The translations under genes were made by a program, and so were the position numbers. This document shows, piece after piece, positions 40,101 to 52,879 of a stretch of DNA of 64,000 nucleotides. The DNA is from Bugula neritina. Taxonomy: Eukaryota > Animalia > Bryozoa. Numbering within the stretch: the first letter of the stretch is position 1; each line of letters opens with the position of its first letter. The stretch covers positions 14,312,722 through 14,376,721 of the forward strand of contig OZ037766.1 in the NCBI GenBank assembly GCA_964035545.1. Direction: 5' to 3'. The notes beneath the pieces were generated by a model. The model saw nothing but the letters and a program-made list of their open reading frames with translations, made no database searches and was not told the DNA's origin.

Positions 40101-42091
40101 TCTACAGTAACTTTACTTGCAATAACTTTTCTCACATTATCTACCACCAATATAAAAAAATTATTTGAGGTGGTTTAAGTTTGGGTGAAAATTTTTTTGA
40201 TAAAATAATTACAATTAACACCACAACTATTCCAGTAAATTTTAATTTTACTTATACAACAATTGATAGCTAAGAGCAAACAATTGAGAAAAATAAACAA
40301 ATATCTAAAGCAAAGATGATTTTTTTTACTATGCTTAGTGTATCTAGCACTGCGTTTCCATTATCGCATTATGTGAATGGATTTTCTCATTCGCCCTATG
40401 GAAACAGTTGCATCGAAGCAAAACCGCAGCCGGAAATTACACCGAACGGCTCCTTCGATGAAAAATTTCCTTCGCATTATGCGCATCATGGAAATGGTTC
40501 CTTCGGTTAAATCGAATGAAACCTTTTGTGCCGGAGGCAGAGGTCAGCATTTGTGGCGGCTAGTTACATAGTTACGCGATGCTAACAATAATTATAGGCT
40601 ACAACCTACGCTAAAGTGTACTTCGACTTTTAAAAATTTAAATTATTTTATTTATCCTAGCTGCTATTATTTAAAATAATTACTAATCATCTTAAATTTG
40701 TAAAACTATTCTGCAAGCCAAAGCTTTCTCAAGCTAAAAATAAGTTGACAGCTATTTTAATTTTGAAAATTTAAATTACTTTTAAGCTTTTGTTTATCGA
40801 TCAAGAAATACGTTATGCTTTCATTGGTTTATGGTTTTTTTATTTTAAATAAACTAACTCAAAGTTTGTGTATTTAGTTGATTCAATCTATCAAAAATGA
40901 GGACAGAATTAAAATATTGTCGTTGTGCATGAACTCAAACTCAAAGTTGGCCATATTAATTATCATTTTAGTTCAGCCGTCACAGTTTCAAAGAGAAGAT
41001 AACTTCGTACGGATTGCATAGGAACGTGTGGTTTTTCCTTCGATGTAATCCGTACGGGCATCCGTACGCATTCATTCGCCTTCATGGAAACGCAGTGTAG
41101 TACTAAATAATTGGCAGTATTCTCAATTGCTGAAAATATTATGGCTTTAATTAAATTATCATTATCCTGGCACAAAGTATTCACAAAATCAATCAAATAT
41201 TTAAAAGGTGGTAATTTTGTGTCAGATTAAATTTAATACTTTAAGCATTTACAAAAAGCACTTGAGTCATATTATGAATTATCATTGTATCGATATATTA
41301 ATATTTTTGTGTTATGTGCAGACGCTTATATTTATTATTTTAGCTTAGTTTGGGTTTACATTTTTGGGTTTAGAGTATGGTACTGAATAATTGGTAGTAT
41401 TATTTTATAAGCTAACGCCATTACACGTTGCAAATATCTACCAAAACTAGCTTGAAAAAAACTGCAGTTCTGAAAGTGAACATACCTCAATATTTTGACA
41501 ATGCACCATTAGATTAAAATGATTCATTGCAAGACCAGGGTAATTTGTTACATTTTTTTCTGGTTGCTATTAAGTTTAACTAATAGTAATCAAGTATTAT
41601 GAGAATGACAATCACAATGTGACTGACAATACGAATATCAATATCATAATCAAGACGAATATAATTTGGAAATATATTATTATTATATTATACTGTAACT
41701 GTTATAATTAATAAATGATTATTAATATTATTATTATAAATAAAAATATTAATTGCTATTAATTCTAGTACTAATAGTAATAATAAATACTAACTTAAGC
41801 AATTAGTAATCAAGTTTTAGTTTAGTTTGATTTTCAATCAAATAAATACTAATAGTAGGACAGTATCAGTATGAGTATGAGTTTGAGCTTCAAGTTCAAG
41901 GTTACCTTCAAGTTCGAGTCTAGTTTTCCAGCATCAGCATGCTCATACAAATCTGATACAGGTCTTTTAACAGATGTTTCTTCAGCATTGTTCGAACTCT
42001 TTTCGTTTAGAGGGAGTATTTTGGTAACTGTGAAAAATGATGATAAAGTGCGTTGTTGGGAAATTTTATGACTCGCTTTAGGTGTAGACAT
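37152..42091 (-). CDS. UNG: Uracil-DNA glycosylase (family 1), 6 exons, ~325 aa
   Basis: Exons 41906-42091, 39632-39808, 39320-39470, 39104-39235, 38848-39026, 37152-37304. PIP box [48 protein letters not shown]. Confidence 0.94.
37897..38664. mobile_element. Non-autonomous Kolobok-like DNA transposon in UNG intron 5
   Basis: 16-bp TIR AGGATTGCTCTATCTT / AAGATAGAGCAATCCT, TTAA TSD on both sides, AG termini, internal GTCACGTGAC. Confidence 0.82.
40348..41097. mobile_element. MITE with 3-bp TSD (PIF/Harbinger- or CMC-like) in UNG intron 1
   Basis: 14-bp TIR CACTGCGTTTCCAT / ATGGAAACGCAGTG flanked by TAG on both sides. Confidence 0.78.
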
Positions 42092-42111
42092 AATGATGGT
42101 GGCGATTTTTA

Positions 42112-42182
42112 TTTCGCGCCAAATTTGAGGACCACGTGCGATGGTCGGGCGGAAGAAACATCATTTTCTCACGCTCACCAAT
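42112..42182 (-). promoter_or_regulatory. UNG proximal promoter: E2F site, E-box, GC-box/ETS, CCAAT
   Basis: TTTCGCGCCAAA 42112-42123, CACGTG 42133-42138, GGGCGGAAG 42147-42155, CCAAT 42178-42182, all within ~90 bp of the ATG. Confidence 0.65.
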
Positions 42183-43753
42183 CAGGTTCCTAACATAAGA
42201 GAGGACCTTTTTTATGCTGTATTTTTATTGCAATATTTACTCAATAGTTGCAATGGGATAATTATACTGTAAAATATAATAGCAGTTAATAATACTATAG
42301 CACCTATAACTATTGATTAAAATTTACTTTGCTTTACACCACGTATAGTTTTGGATTCTACAATTATCAATTTTAGTCAACATAATGAGACTAATAACCC
42401 TTTGCTACAGATGAGACAACTCAAAGCAATACAACTTATATGATTAAATAACAGAATTATTATATTAAACAGACACAGGCATATGAAGCTATATAGCAAA
42501 ATATAGATTTGCATTATTAAATTCCCTTTATTTTAAACACTCCCTGTGAGAATCCCTGATAAAAGAGGTACCTATAGAGAATTTTGCCTCTCGTTATGCT
42601 GGCAAAATGACTTTGACAAGATGCCTTTTTAACATCACCAATGACCCCGCTGAAATTTAAACTCATATGACCTAGCGCTTACTAAACTACTGTTACTCCT
42701 TTAGAGTTGTAATAATGTAAAAAAGTCCCACATGAAATAGTTAAGCTATTTCCTGCTAGAGTCTATAATTTAGAATGTTACTGTATTTATAAACAAAATA
42801 AACCTATTGTGTACCCTTAACTCATTTACAAAGTTACTATTATTCTTTTAATGACCCATTAAATTAGTGGATATGCTTTTAGAAAGTGCCTGTAAATACT
42901 TTATCAATTAAAACAAGAAATATAATTAGTATCCTGTCAGCATTACTAAGCTGCCACCTGCTGTTTGACACAGTGAAGGTACACAAGCTATTACATCTCA
43001 CATGTATGATGGTATATTATAGTATGTAGTGTATGTTTCAAAGCATTACTTTAAATTGTCAATTAGCAACAGTGTTCAGCTATAGTTGGGCAGCATTTTT
43101 AAAACTGCTGTAGATACAGGCCAAGTACTGTTTGCATTTTAAGGGATTGTCATTTCAGTTATAAATATATAATTTTTGGAACCTAAAGCTGCCCAATTAT
43201 AGTGTACTAATAGTCCTCTGCAGCCATCTCATAAAGTTTTATTTGTAATAATTATTCACTTATCTCATTTTATTGTATTAAAATATGTAATACTGCTTTG
43301 CAAGTATTGCTAGTCCAAATTGTCACCCCAATGTGTAAGGTATTAAAGTGCAGAAATACTGGGGGTCTCTCATATAGCTGTGATTTCAATGCTATAGTAA
43401 GCATAGCAAGAAAAGAATTCATCAGATTGTTATGGCAACTTCTTTACCCGTTTCTCTGGACAGGATTATTCATATATATAGACATAGTTATATCAATTTT
43501 TTAAATACTTCATGTACTCTGTTTAATAATATTTTATTTTTACTACCATTATATCCTGTTGAAGTTTTTTATTACACACTACCATATTGCCCATTGCTAG
43601 TAAACAGTAAACATTCACCATATAATGATCATACTTTTATTAGCAAAATATCCCATAGTTAGCATAGTATACATTGTATTATAATACATAAGTATATGTT
43701 TATTATAATTAATATATTAACAAAAATAGATTGTAGACACACATAGACACAAT

Positions 43754-44745
43754 TCATTCGTCTCTTTCTGAGGCGCAACAGCATATCCTTCGCATAAATC
43801 TCGCAAATCTGCTTCTTCGAGAGCTTTTCTCTTTTGATACTCTTTCTTCTACAACAAATAGGACTGTCAGTGTAGTTTATAGTCATACTTTATACAGCAC
43901 AGGTCAAACATTGTACAACAAGATGCTAATTAATCTTCAGATGCTAAATAAAGTATGCATCTATGTTGAACACTAACTCACTATTATTATATATATATAT
44001 ATTGATTTCCTCTCCGGCTGCCACCTCAGATCCATTAGCTCTCTTTACCATTCTATTACTTTCCTTGATTTTCTCAATTTTCCTGACTTCTGCCATAGCC
44101 TTATCACCTTCTGCCTGCTCAGTTTCTGCTTTCCCCAGTGGCTTAGTTTCTGGAAGCTCTCTCTTGTTTACATTCTCAATTGCTGCCATATTAGCTTTCC
44201 CAATGCTCTGCTCTGTGAGTTCTTTCTCCACAGTCTCATTACCAATTTCTACTTCCATTATTATTTTGCCATTTTGCTTGTCTTCTTCTTTTACCAAGTC
44301 ACCTTTCTCTTCATTTAAAACTTCACTTTTACCCTTCACTTTTTTCATTTCATCCTTTACTCCTTCCTCATATATTTTTTCAAGTTTTTCTTTCTCAACG
44401 GCACCATCATCTAGCTTTGCTTTATCATTTTTCTCGGTCACTATCTTCTCAATTGCAACTTCAGGGTTTTCTTTTTGAGCAAGCTTGTCTTTACCATCAC
44501 TATCACCATTTCCTTTTACTTTTACTCTTCCTTCTTCATCGGTGTTTTTCCATTTTATTGATTCAGATATTTTGTCCTGCTTTCTATTTTTATCGCCCTT
44601 CTCTCTTTGCTTCATATCTATAAGTCCTCTTTTACACCTTCTGCTAAGTTTTTCCGTTCCACTCTCTTCTCTTTCCTCAAACCTATGTTCTTCCTTCACC
44701 ACCACGTCATCTCCTGCCACCTCCGTAGATCCATGACTTGTCCAT
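43754..44745 (-). CDS. Uncharacterised Glu/Lys-rich protein, last two exons; 5' end unresolved
   Basis: Open 764-bp exon 43982-44745 (TAG acceptor, GTGAGT donor) joins in phase to 43754-43848 giving ...KSSRRSRFARFMRRICCCASERDE*. First in-frame ATG 44615. Confidence 0.6.
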
Positions 44746-47700
44746 CTAAAAAGTATTATTTAGACTTTGCTTATGTCTGCATAGCTGAAGTTGCAAAGTA
44801 ATTGCTTGTTTGTTCAGCAACTTTTTACAGTTAGAACATACAGCAATAGAGAAGTGAAAGACTATACTTTTAAAACTATCTAAACTATTCAGTTAATAGG
44901 TGGAGGTAGCAGCTGTAGCTAGCCTATAATACTTAAGGTATATATTGACACATCATGGGGTTCATGCCCTATTCATTGGTGATGTCAGGACGAATATCTG
45001 AGCACAATTACTCCTGAGCTAAATTAAAAGCCCCCAGACCAAGTTACGAGCATGGTCTGAGACTTAAAAACTCTTCCAATGATGAAGGCTTCACACAATA
45101 ATGGAGTCTTTGAAACTTATAATACGATGATTTTTATTGAAATATGTGCTCAATAATAATAACGAACATTGTGAAATACTAAAAACACATGACTAAAACT
45201 TAGGAGCTTTAATAGAATAATAAAAACAATTCCCTCAGTGTTGCTCTCCCTAGTGCCACTAACAACTAATGTGAAATTTCAACCTAAAGCAGCACCTATC
45301 TATTGGAACTAAGAGTAATTTGGTTTTTAAATAAATATTATTACATATGATCAATAAAACTGATTCAATTTAATGATCCTAAAAATAATCCAATCAACTT
45401 ACGAATACATAAAGCTTTCTGGAGCACTCATCTTTCTAATCAAGCAGAAGCTGCAAAAAGGCAATAAAAATATGCATATAGTTTGCAATAAAGGAATACT
45501 AAAATAATAAATATCTCTTAGAACCTCCATTTTGTTTAAGTTAAATAATCTAATAGTAATAAAAATATTTTGATTGTTGGGAAGAATGTACAATATAGAG
45601 AACTTTAGTGTCTTGTTGTTGCAATTAACCTCTACACATATTTTTGCAAGTATTACTCTTTACAATATAATAGTCTTTGCAATTGTTGAGGATATATTGT
45701 TTTGTTTTTACCTCAAATATGTTTATTGAGAAGTTGTTTCCTCTAAAAGCTATGTTGTCCAGTGCTTAACTTTATGCTATTAAATTGTCACACAAAAATA
45801 TGTGTGCAGTATTTTATTAAAAATGTGCTGCATTTGCTTAAAGTCTGAGTATTTATAGGATAATATATCAATAAGGTTCTTTTAATTTGTAACTGATGAT
45901 TTTGTAAAAATATACACAAACAATTGCATGTAGCTTGTCAACACAAAACCCTTGCATAAGGTGATTAGTTCTATAAATCCTATTTCAGTGTCATTGAAAT
46001 TTATTATAGTTATTCACCCGCATTAAAACTTTTATGTAAACATGTGCTGCATGTGCATAATATATTACAGATATGAAAGTATCATGTGTGATATTTCATG
46101 ATATATTATTATATAACACTATGCTACATGTTTGTGGGTCACAGCTGTTCTATACAAAACTTTAAAAATGGAAAAAATATAAATTCTACCATATTTGCTT
46201 TTTGTATTATATAGAGTTCTTAGTCTATAGCAGTCATGGATGACAAAAAATGTAGTATTCGTCTGTTATATTAAGTTCTAACAAAAAAAGAGTAAAACAT
46301 ACATCACATTGCAGCATGTAGCAAACTTTGAAATGTAAACAGATATTTGGATCTCTTAGAAATTAGCAATATAAAAATTGCTTCATGCGTAAGAAGTAAT
46401 ATATAAGCGGCTTCAGGTGAGGTGGATTAAAGACATTAATTGGACAAGGAAATCGCTTATGACAGTCCTACTAGATAGTACTTCTGCAGGTAATTATTTT
46501 GCCTGATATTTCTACAAGTAACCTGAAAGACAGAAGAGACAGCACCAGCTCTTTTCGTCTGCACACTCTACATTTTATTATATCATAAACTAACCAGGCT
46601 TGAAATTTATAAACTTAGGCTAATTGAGGCGCAGGTGTAGGTTTTAGAAGAAAAGTTGCCTATGTTTGCTGGAAGTGTGTAGATCAAAGGCTGCTTGTGA
46701 GGTTTTGTAAAATTCGAATCATGATTTAACTGGACAAAACTTTATCAAATAATAAAGTTTTATTAAAATCTTCAGGTAGTTTCAAAGTGGCTAGATTCAG
46801 TCAAAGCGTGGCCACAAATTCCCCTGTTTTTATACTCCCTGAAGAAATGCTGGTACCTCGCTAACTACCCCCTACCCTATCCGCCACTGAGCCTGATAGA
46901 AATGACAGTACATGCAAATGATGCAGAGCTTCAAACTGGTGACACATTTACTATTCAGGTATTGTACAGGCTTTCTTATATAGTATAAAGATAACATTTC
47001 ATCTGGTCTGCAATCACACTGTTGGCTGAAATAGTAGATACTCTAATAATTTCTAGTGGAAGAGAGAGAGCTGTGTTTTTATACATACTTGTGTCAGCAT
47101 AGAGTACCTGTTGACAATTGATAAAGTCAGCATAACTAAACATAGACACAAGTCAAGTAACAACCAAGTATTGCATAATTGTGAATATATAAGATATAAC
47201 TTTATAAAAAGTGTCATGGTCGAAATAATTACATTTTAGTGCTTTACTTTTCAAAGCGAGGGCCGCTGAAAGAGAATAATATTCTGGTGGAGATGGGCTG
47301 CATTGCAAACTTTAGCTTGAGCCACAATATCAGCATTGTTCAAATTACTTTATTCCAAATTCTTATGAATCATTGCACAATAAAGTCTCAATGGCTGCAT
47401 GTTTTGTAGCGTGTACATAAATAAGACATTTAAAAGGTGGTTTCTCACTCTAATTCATGTATGCGTGTGAAACATAATTTTAGTTTTATGCTTTCGAGGG
47501 CCACATAAATGTAGGCTGGGGAGCCTGTTAGACAGCCCTGGTGCAGGTTATTTCTTTGATATGATAAACAAAGTGTAAATATTATAATTTTAGCTGCAGA
47601 TGAAGCTGGTAATTGAACAAACCATTGTGAATTGTGATTACCAAAATGCCATATCAAAATTACAAACAAGTTGAATTACCATGACAAATTGCATCTTTGT

Positions 47701-48909
47701 ACTACTGGTTAGTAAGCTTATGACACAACAATAATTCTTTAATCATATTTATTCATGTGCCCAGTCTGTATTGATTACTTACATACATGTGTAAAAATAC
47801 AAATACGATATAAAAATATAATTATTTGGAAAAAATGAGAAATAGACATCTGGAGACTTGAAATTTGGTATTGCACAAGACAGTATTACATCTGCTACAT
47901 AAATGACTAGTTTAAAATTGGTCCGCTGAATTTTACGAAAAGGAAGCAATATGATGAATAATACACATTAAAACAGCATTTAATATAGTAGCTATACCTT
48001 ATAAATTATTACATAGTTATCAAAAACAAAAACATAATGCAGTTATTAAATTTAAATATTTAAAACTTCTTCCCATTTGGAGATAAAAACAACTGAATAT
48101 AATTATAAGATATCACAGCCATAGACAGACAAATTTTATGAACAAACTAGTTGTTAATAAGTAATGACCAGTAGCAATATTATCAAGATTGCTATCTCTC
48201 CATCCACATAATATCAATGTAGTGATACACCATGATACCAAAACTTAGTTTAATTGTCTGCAAATCATTAAATGAAAATATACTCTTAAACTCATATTTA
48301 GTCACTGTTAATTTAATGAAAGGCTTTTAAAAATTTTCAATACATTTAGAGTGAAATGATTTCAGTTGAATGTCATGTAACTTTTAAAGCGAAGACTTTG
48401 CCAATTATACTTCCAATACAGCCTAGAGGGTGGCCATAACTAAAAGTAGAAGATAGAAAGAGCTACTATAAGAAAGCATGTTTAAAAATCAAGTGAATAG
48501 AAGCCCACTAGGCAACAGGACACCAAATAAAACTTAATATATTGAGATGTGAATATGCAAAGAAAGTAACAAGAAAATTAAGTGAACTAGCTCAGCACTA
48601 ATTTAATACCATCTCAATTTCAATGGTAAATTATTAAGATGAAGGTCAGAAACTTCTCCCACCTTTTATGTGGTGGCAAATTTCTGTTAAGACATAATTA
48701 GTTGGTTGTTTAATGGAAATCTATCTATTGTATTATAATTTATAGCAACCACATCTTCAACCATTCTTAGGTATTCCAATGTACCACTGTAAGCAGGATC
48801 CAGTACTTTGAAATTGTCACTAAATTAATTTCCATGCTGGATTTAATGTAACAACTTGAATTGCTGCCAAACTTTCTCTTATAACATTAGAAAACATGAG
48901 ATTACTTAC

Positions 48910-51900
48910 CAAGTAGAGAGGAATATGCTCAAGAACAATATATTTCAAAATAAATGAAAGTAAAAGTCTCCTTATAAACACATAAAATAAGGCCAAGCGA
49001 TGCCATTTAAAAAGCTTTGTCTTATAAAGTGTATTCCATTATTTCAATGTACGTTATTTGAATTCAATAAGTCTGTAGTTTCTCATAACATATAAAGTGC
49101 TACATGGCAGACAACTTTCTATCAAAATAAATTTAAGTGTTTTAAAACCAGTAGTTGATAAAATATTTCATGGCTCATAGATTTTGCATACTACACAAAG
49201 AATACTTATTATAGAACTACAAAGCTTTTAAATTACTATTCATTTTATTATTACTATAATTGCACAGAACTATTAGTTCTCCACTACATAACTCCAACAA
49301 TGTAATTTTTTAGACATTACAGATACATAAGCATACAGTAAAAAACTAAAAATACAAGAAAATGATAAGATTCATATTAAGTTGAATTATAAACTTACCT
49401 AGCAATACCACTATTAGCACTGCTCATTACACACTTGAATATTGCAATAGCTTGAACGGCCAATAAGATGTTCAGTAATTCTCTGAACCTAGAAAAATAA
49501 ACAATAATATTGAGCAGCAAAATTTTCCCTGATTACTCTTTGACTGAATATAATAGTATTTGCAATTAATCAATGAAAACTTCAATCATATTCAATAGCA
49601 ATCTATACAGTTGCCTTTGTGCAAGTTAAAAGAAATATGATATAATGTTATTTTAAGATTAATTACAACTTTATGAAGTTTCAAATGTTAAGTTCAACAG
49701 CCCAGAATTTTATTTATAAAAATACTTGGCATGAGCACTGAGTGCCTATGCTACATTAACATGACATAAATTCAAACTTAAGTTAAAATGCCAACTCACT
49801 ACAAACTATAGCAATCTAATTTAACACCTTTACTGCTTCATACAGGGCATAAAAATGAACATAGGTTATACAGGCCACTTGCGAGTGAGATATCTGTGAG
49901 AAACAGAATTATGCCGTACCAATAAAGTATATCTTGCTTTGACCCGACTGCGACAGAAAGCGAAGTAGTTTCAAACACAGTGGAGTGTCTAAAGAACCAC
50001 AAGACAAATAACCAGAGCCCTGCCTTCATGCTGTGAGCAACCAACTTCTGTAAAAAGAATATTAGAACAATTCTGTATAAAATTAATCAATTGAGAAAAA
50101 CAGTATAAGTATACCTTTCATGCTATTTTAGTGAAGACATAAAAACTTACAGGGAAATGCATCTCTGATCTAGAGAAAGGAAAATTTCCTGCAAGATTTC
50201 AGAGATGAAAAGTTGAAATAACATAACAGATATTTTATTATTAATATATTTAATGCCAATTTAATATAGGTGAAGTTTTAAATACTTTTAAAAATATTTT
50301 ACACATATAGCATTTTAGTTTGAAAGAATTTGTTTGAAAATTTATTTAAAACTAAGGAGCTTTCAACTATTAAACCATCGGAATTAAAAAGTGGCACTCT
50401 TTTTACAAAATTGTTTAGAATGTATTTTTCCTAGAAAGAAAAACATGCTTTTCATTATTATGCACAGCTGCAATTCCAAATCTACTTAGGAAGTTTTTAT
50501 AAAATTTTATTAAGTCCTAAACTTATGCAGGCAATTTTAGATAGTACTACAACTTTTTAAAGTTATAAGTACACATTTAGACAATCCTAAATAAAATTGT
50601 CTCTCAAAATCCATAAAAATGGACTTGAAAACTTCAAGTAATTTAAAAAAAGTGATTGTGATCACATAAAAAATTTAACCGAATAAGGAATATCAATAAA
50701 AATACCTGAAGTACTTGCTGCTGCTTTTTGATGACAAAAAGCTGCATTTCTATTTGTTGCCTTCCATCACTTAAAACTTTACTAAGGTTGTAATTCTGTG
50801 ATTGAACAGATGTCAACAGTTCGTTCGATATCTGGTTTTGTCGTTTTATTTGCTCATTTAGTTCATGTTTAAGAGACACTAAAATTATTTTAAATTCATT
50901 AATATCATCTCCAAATTAAAAACAGTATTTAGTTAAAAGTTATGTGTTTGCACATTATCCCGCAGTCATAAGGCAGGTTCCAAAATGTCATTAATAACAT
51001 CACTACCAGCATTTAATAATCTCCTAATACTAAATTAAAGCTAATAGAGTAAACTAAACTAGTAAATTCCATCAGTTATCTATTGCATTGCATTCACTGT
51101 TCATGTCACTATCTTGCAATAAAGCCCAAAAGAAATTAATGTAACTTTTGAAGCACCAACTAATAAACTGAATTTATCATGAAAAAACCTGTGACTGGTT
51201 GAAAAACTAAAAGCAAACAGCTCAAATCCCCTGCTATTCAATGTAACTTTCTTGCAAATATTTGCAGTCAGCAAGTATACAAAACGACAAGAGTGATGGG
51301 CTAGAACAGGATGAGCTGCAATATATACCTACTTTGCAAACCAACTCCATTGAAAGTATATAACTCTATTGTCATACAAACTAAAATTCCATTGAAATTG
51401 TGCTGCCATTATAAAAGTGCACCAAACTTACATACAGCTATTTACTTACCTATTTCAGCTCTTTCTATTCTTAGTAAATCGAGTTCACCTTTAGCCTGTT
51501 TCATAAATTTCTATAAAAAAACTGTTAAATTAAAAAGCAAGAATTATTTACCCATAGTATTATAGTGAATCTACTTCCAAGCAGTGCATGAATACGAACC
51601 TCAACTTTGCAGTGCCTAGTCCAAACCGCTATGAGAACCATATGGTAGGCCTTTAAAAGCTGAAAAATGATACAAAAATACTAATTAATTGAAGTTGGAT
51701 ATAGAGTTTAATAGAGCAAATTTAACACGGTGGCAAAAAAGACATAAGTTAAAATCATTCATCAAAATACCTTACTTATTTCCAGATTGGGCTTTAAATT
51801 TTTATTAGAAGATTTCTGGTTTGAATCATGATTTTGAGCACAATACTTTCTTGGTGAAGGTGTTAAAAGCTGTGAATATAATGGTTCTCTGCTACATGCT

Positions 51901-52519
51901 AGCAAATGCTGTGTTATTGATTGGTTTGGAGGAAGAGGATACCGGCTTAAAACTACAAAATACAAATATTTCACAGGATATCATCAAAACATAGCAGTGC
52001 AATATTAGCAGCAACTAGTAGTAGCAAAATACATCTACCAATAATACACTGGTGCCATTAGTTTAAACATTGCCTGAAAGAACTAAACATTAATGAATTG
52101 AAGTGAACTTGGGTCATTTAATCACTGCATTTCCACTGCTTGGAATTATGCAAATGGAACTTTCATTCCATTATTGAAAATAGTTGCATCGAATGAAACT
52201 ATAATCACAAGTTAATGCAAACCGCAACCACAAATCTATCCACACAAGATCCGTAGGATCTCTTCCAAGCAATGGAAACACAGCGATTTAGCTCACACAG
52301 CAATTGCTAGATCAACCAGTATTAATACATAGCATAATGTTTAAATTGAGCACTTGCGCCTAGCTCATGCATATAAACAACAGCTGTCCTAAATAAAAAG
52401 ATTTTTGTAAGAAAAACTACCAACTACAGGCGTTGCTTTGTTGGTTTAAAGTTGTGTTCACCTGATGGTTGAGAAGGAAATCTAACAGCTGGAACAATTC
52501 CTCTGCGCTGTACTAACAT
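48910..52519 (-). CDS. Uncharacterised coiled-coil + transmembrane protein, at least 8 exons; last exon unresolved
   Basis: Exons 52462-52519, 51771-51952, 51600-51659, 51450-51510, 50706-50878, 49920-50047, 49399-49488, 48910-48970 join GT-AG, in phase and without stops. Confidence 0.6.
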
Positions 52520-52879
52520 CGAGTGAAGTCTAGATTTAAATAATTCCTTGCCAGAAGTCGATTTTGTATCTTTATCCATAAAAATAGTAGACAGCTCCTA
52601 TTTTACAAAATATTATTCAAATGAAGTACCCGTGAAGTTAAAAAACCCATCCATGGCTAAAAACAACAAATGACCACTATCTGGCTAGCCTAGGTTATGG
52701 CATGGCCATTTTTATAAGTCAAATTCAATTATTTAAGATAACATTGTAAAAATAAAAATATAGTGTCTGATGATGAAACAGGTAACAACTAAGCTTAGAA
52801 CTATCAGTCTACCATTGCAAATAACCTGTTGCAGATACTAGAATGGCGAGGACATTGATGGCTCATGCAAAAAATTAAT

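Noticed and set aside
43963-44736. Ser/Phe-rich plus-strand ORFs
   Set aside because: Antisense shadow of the E/K-rich exon.
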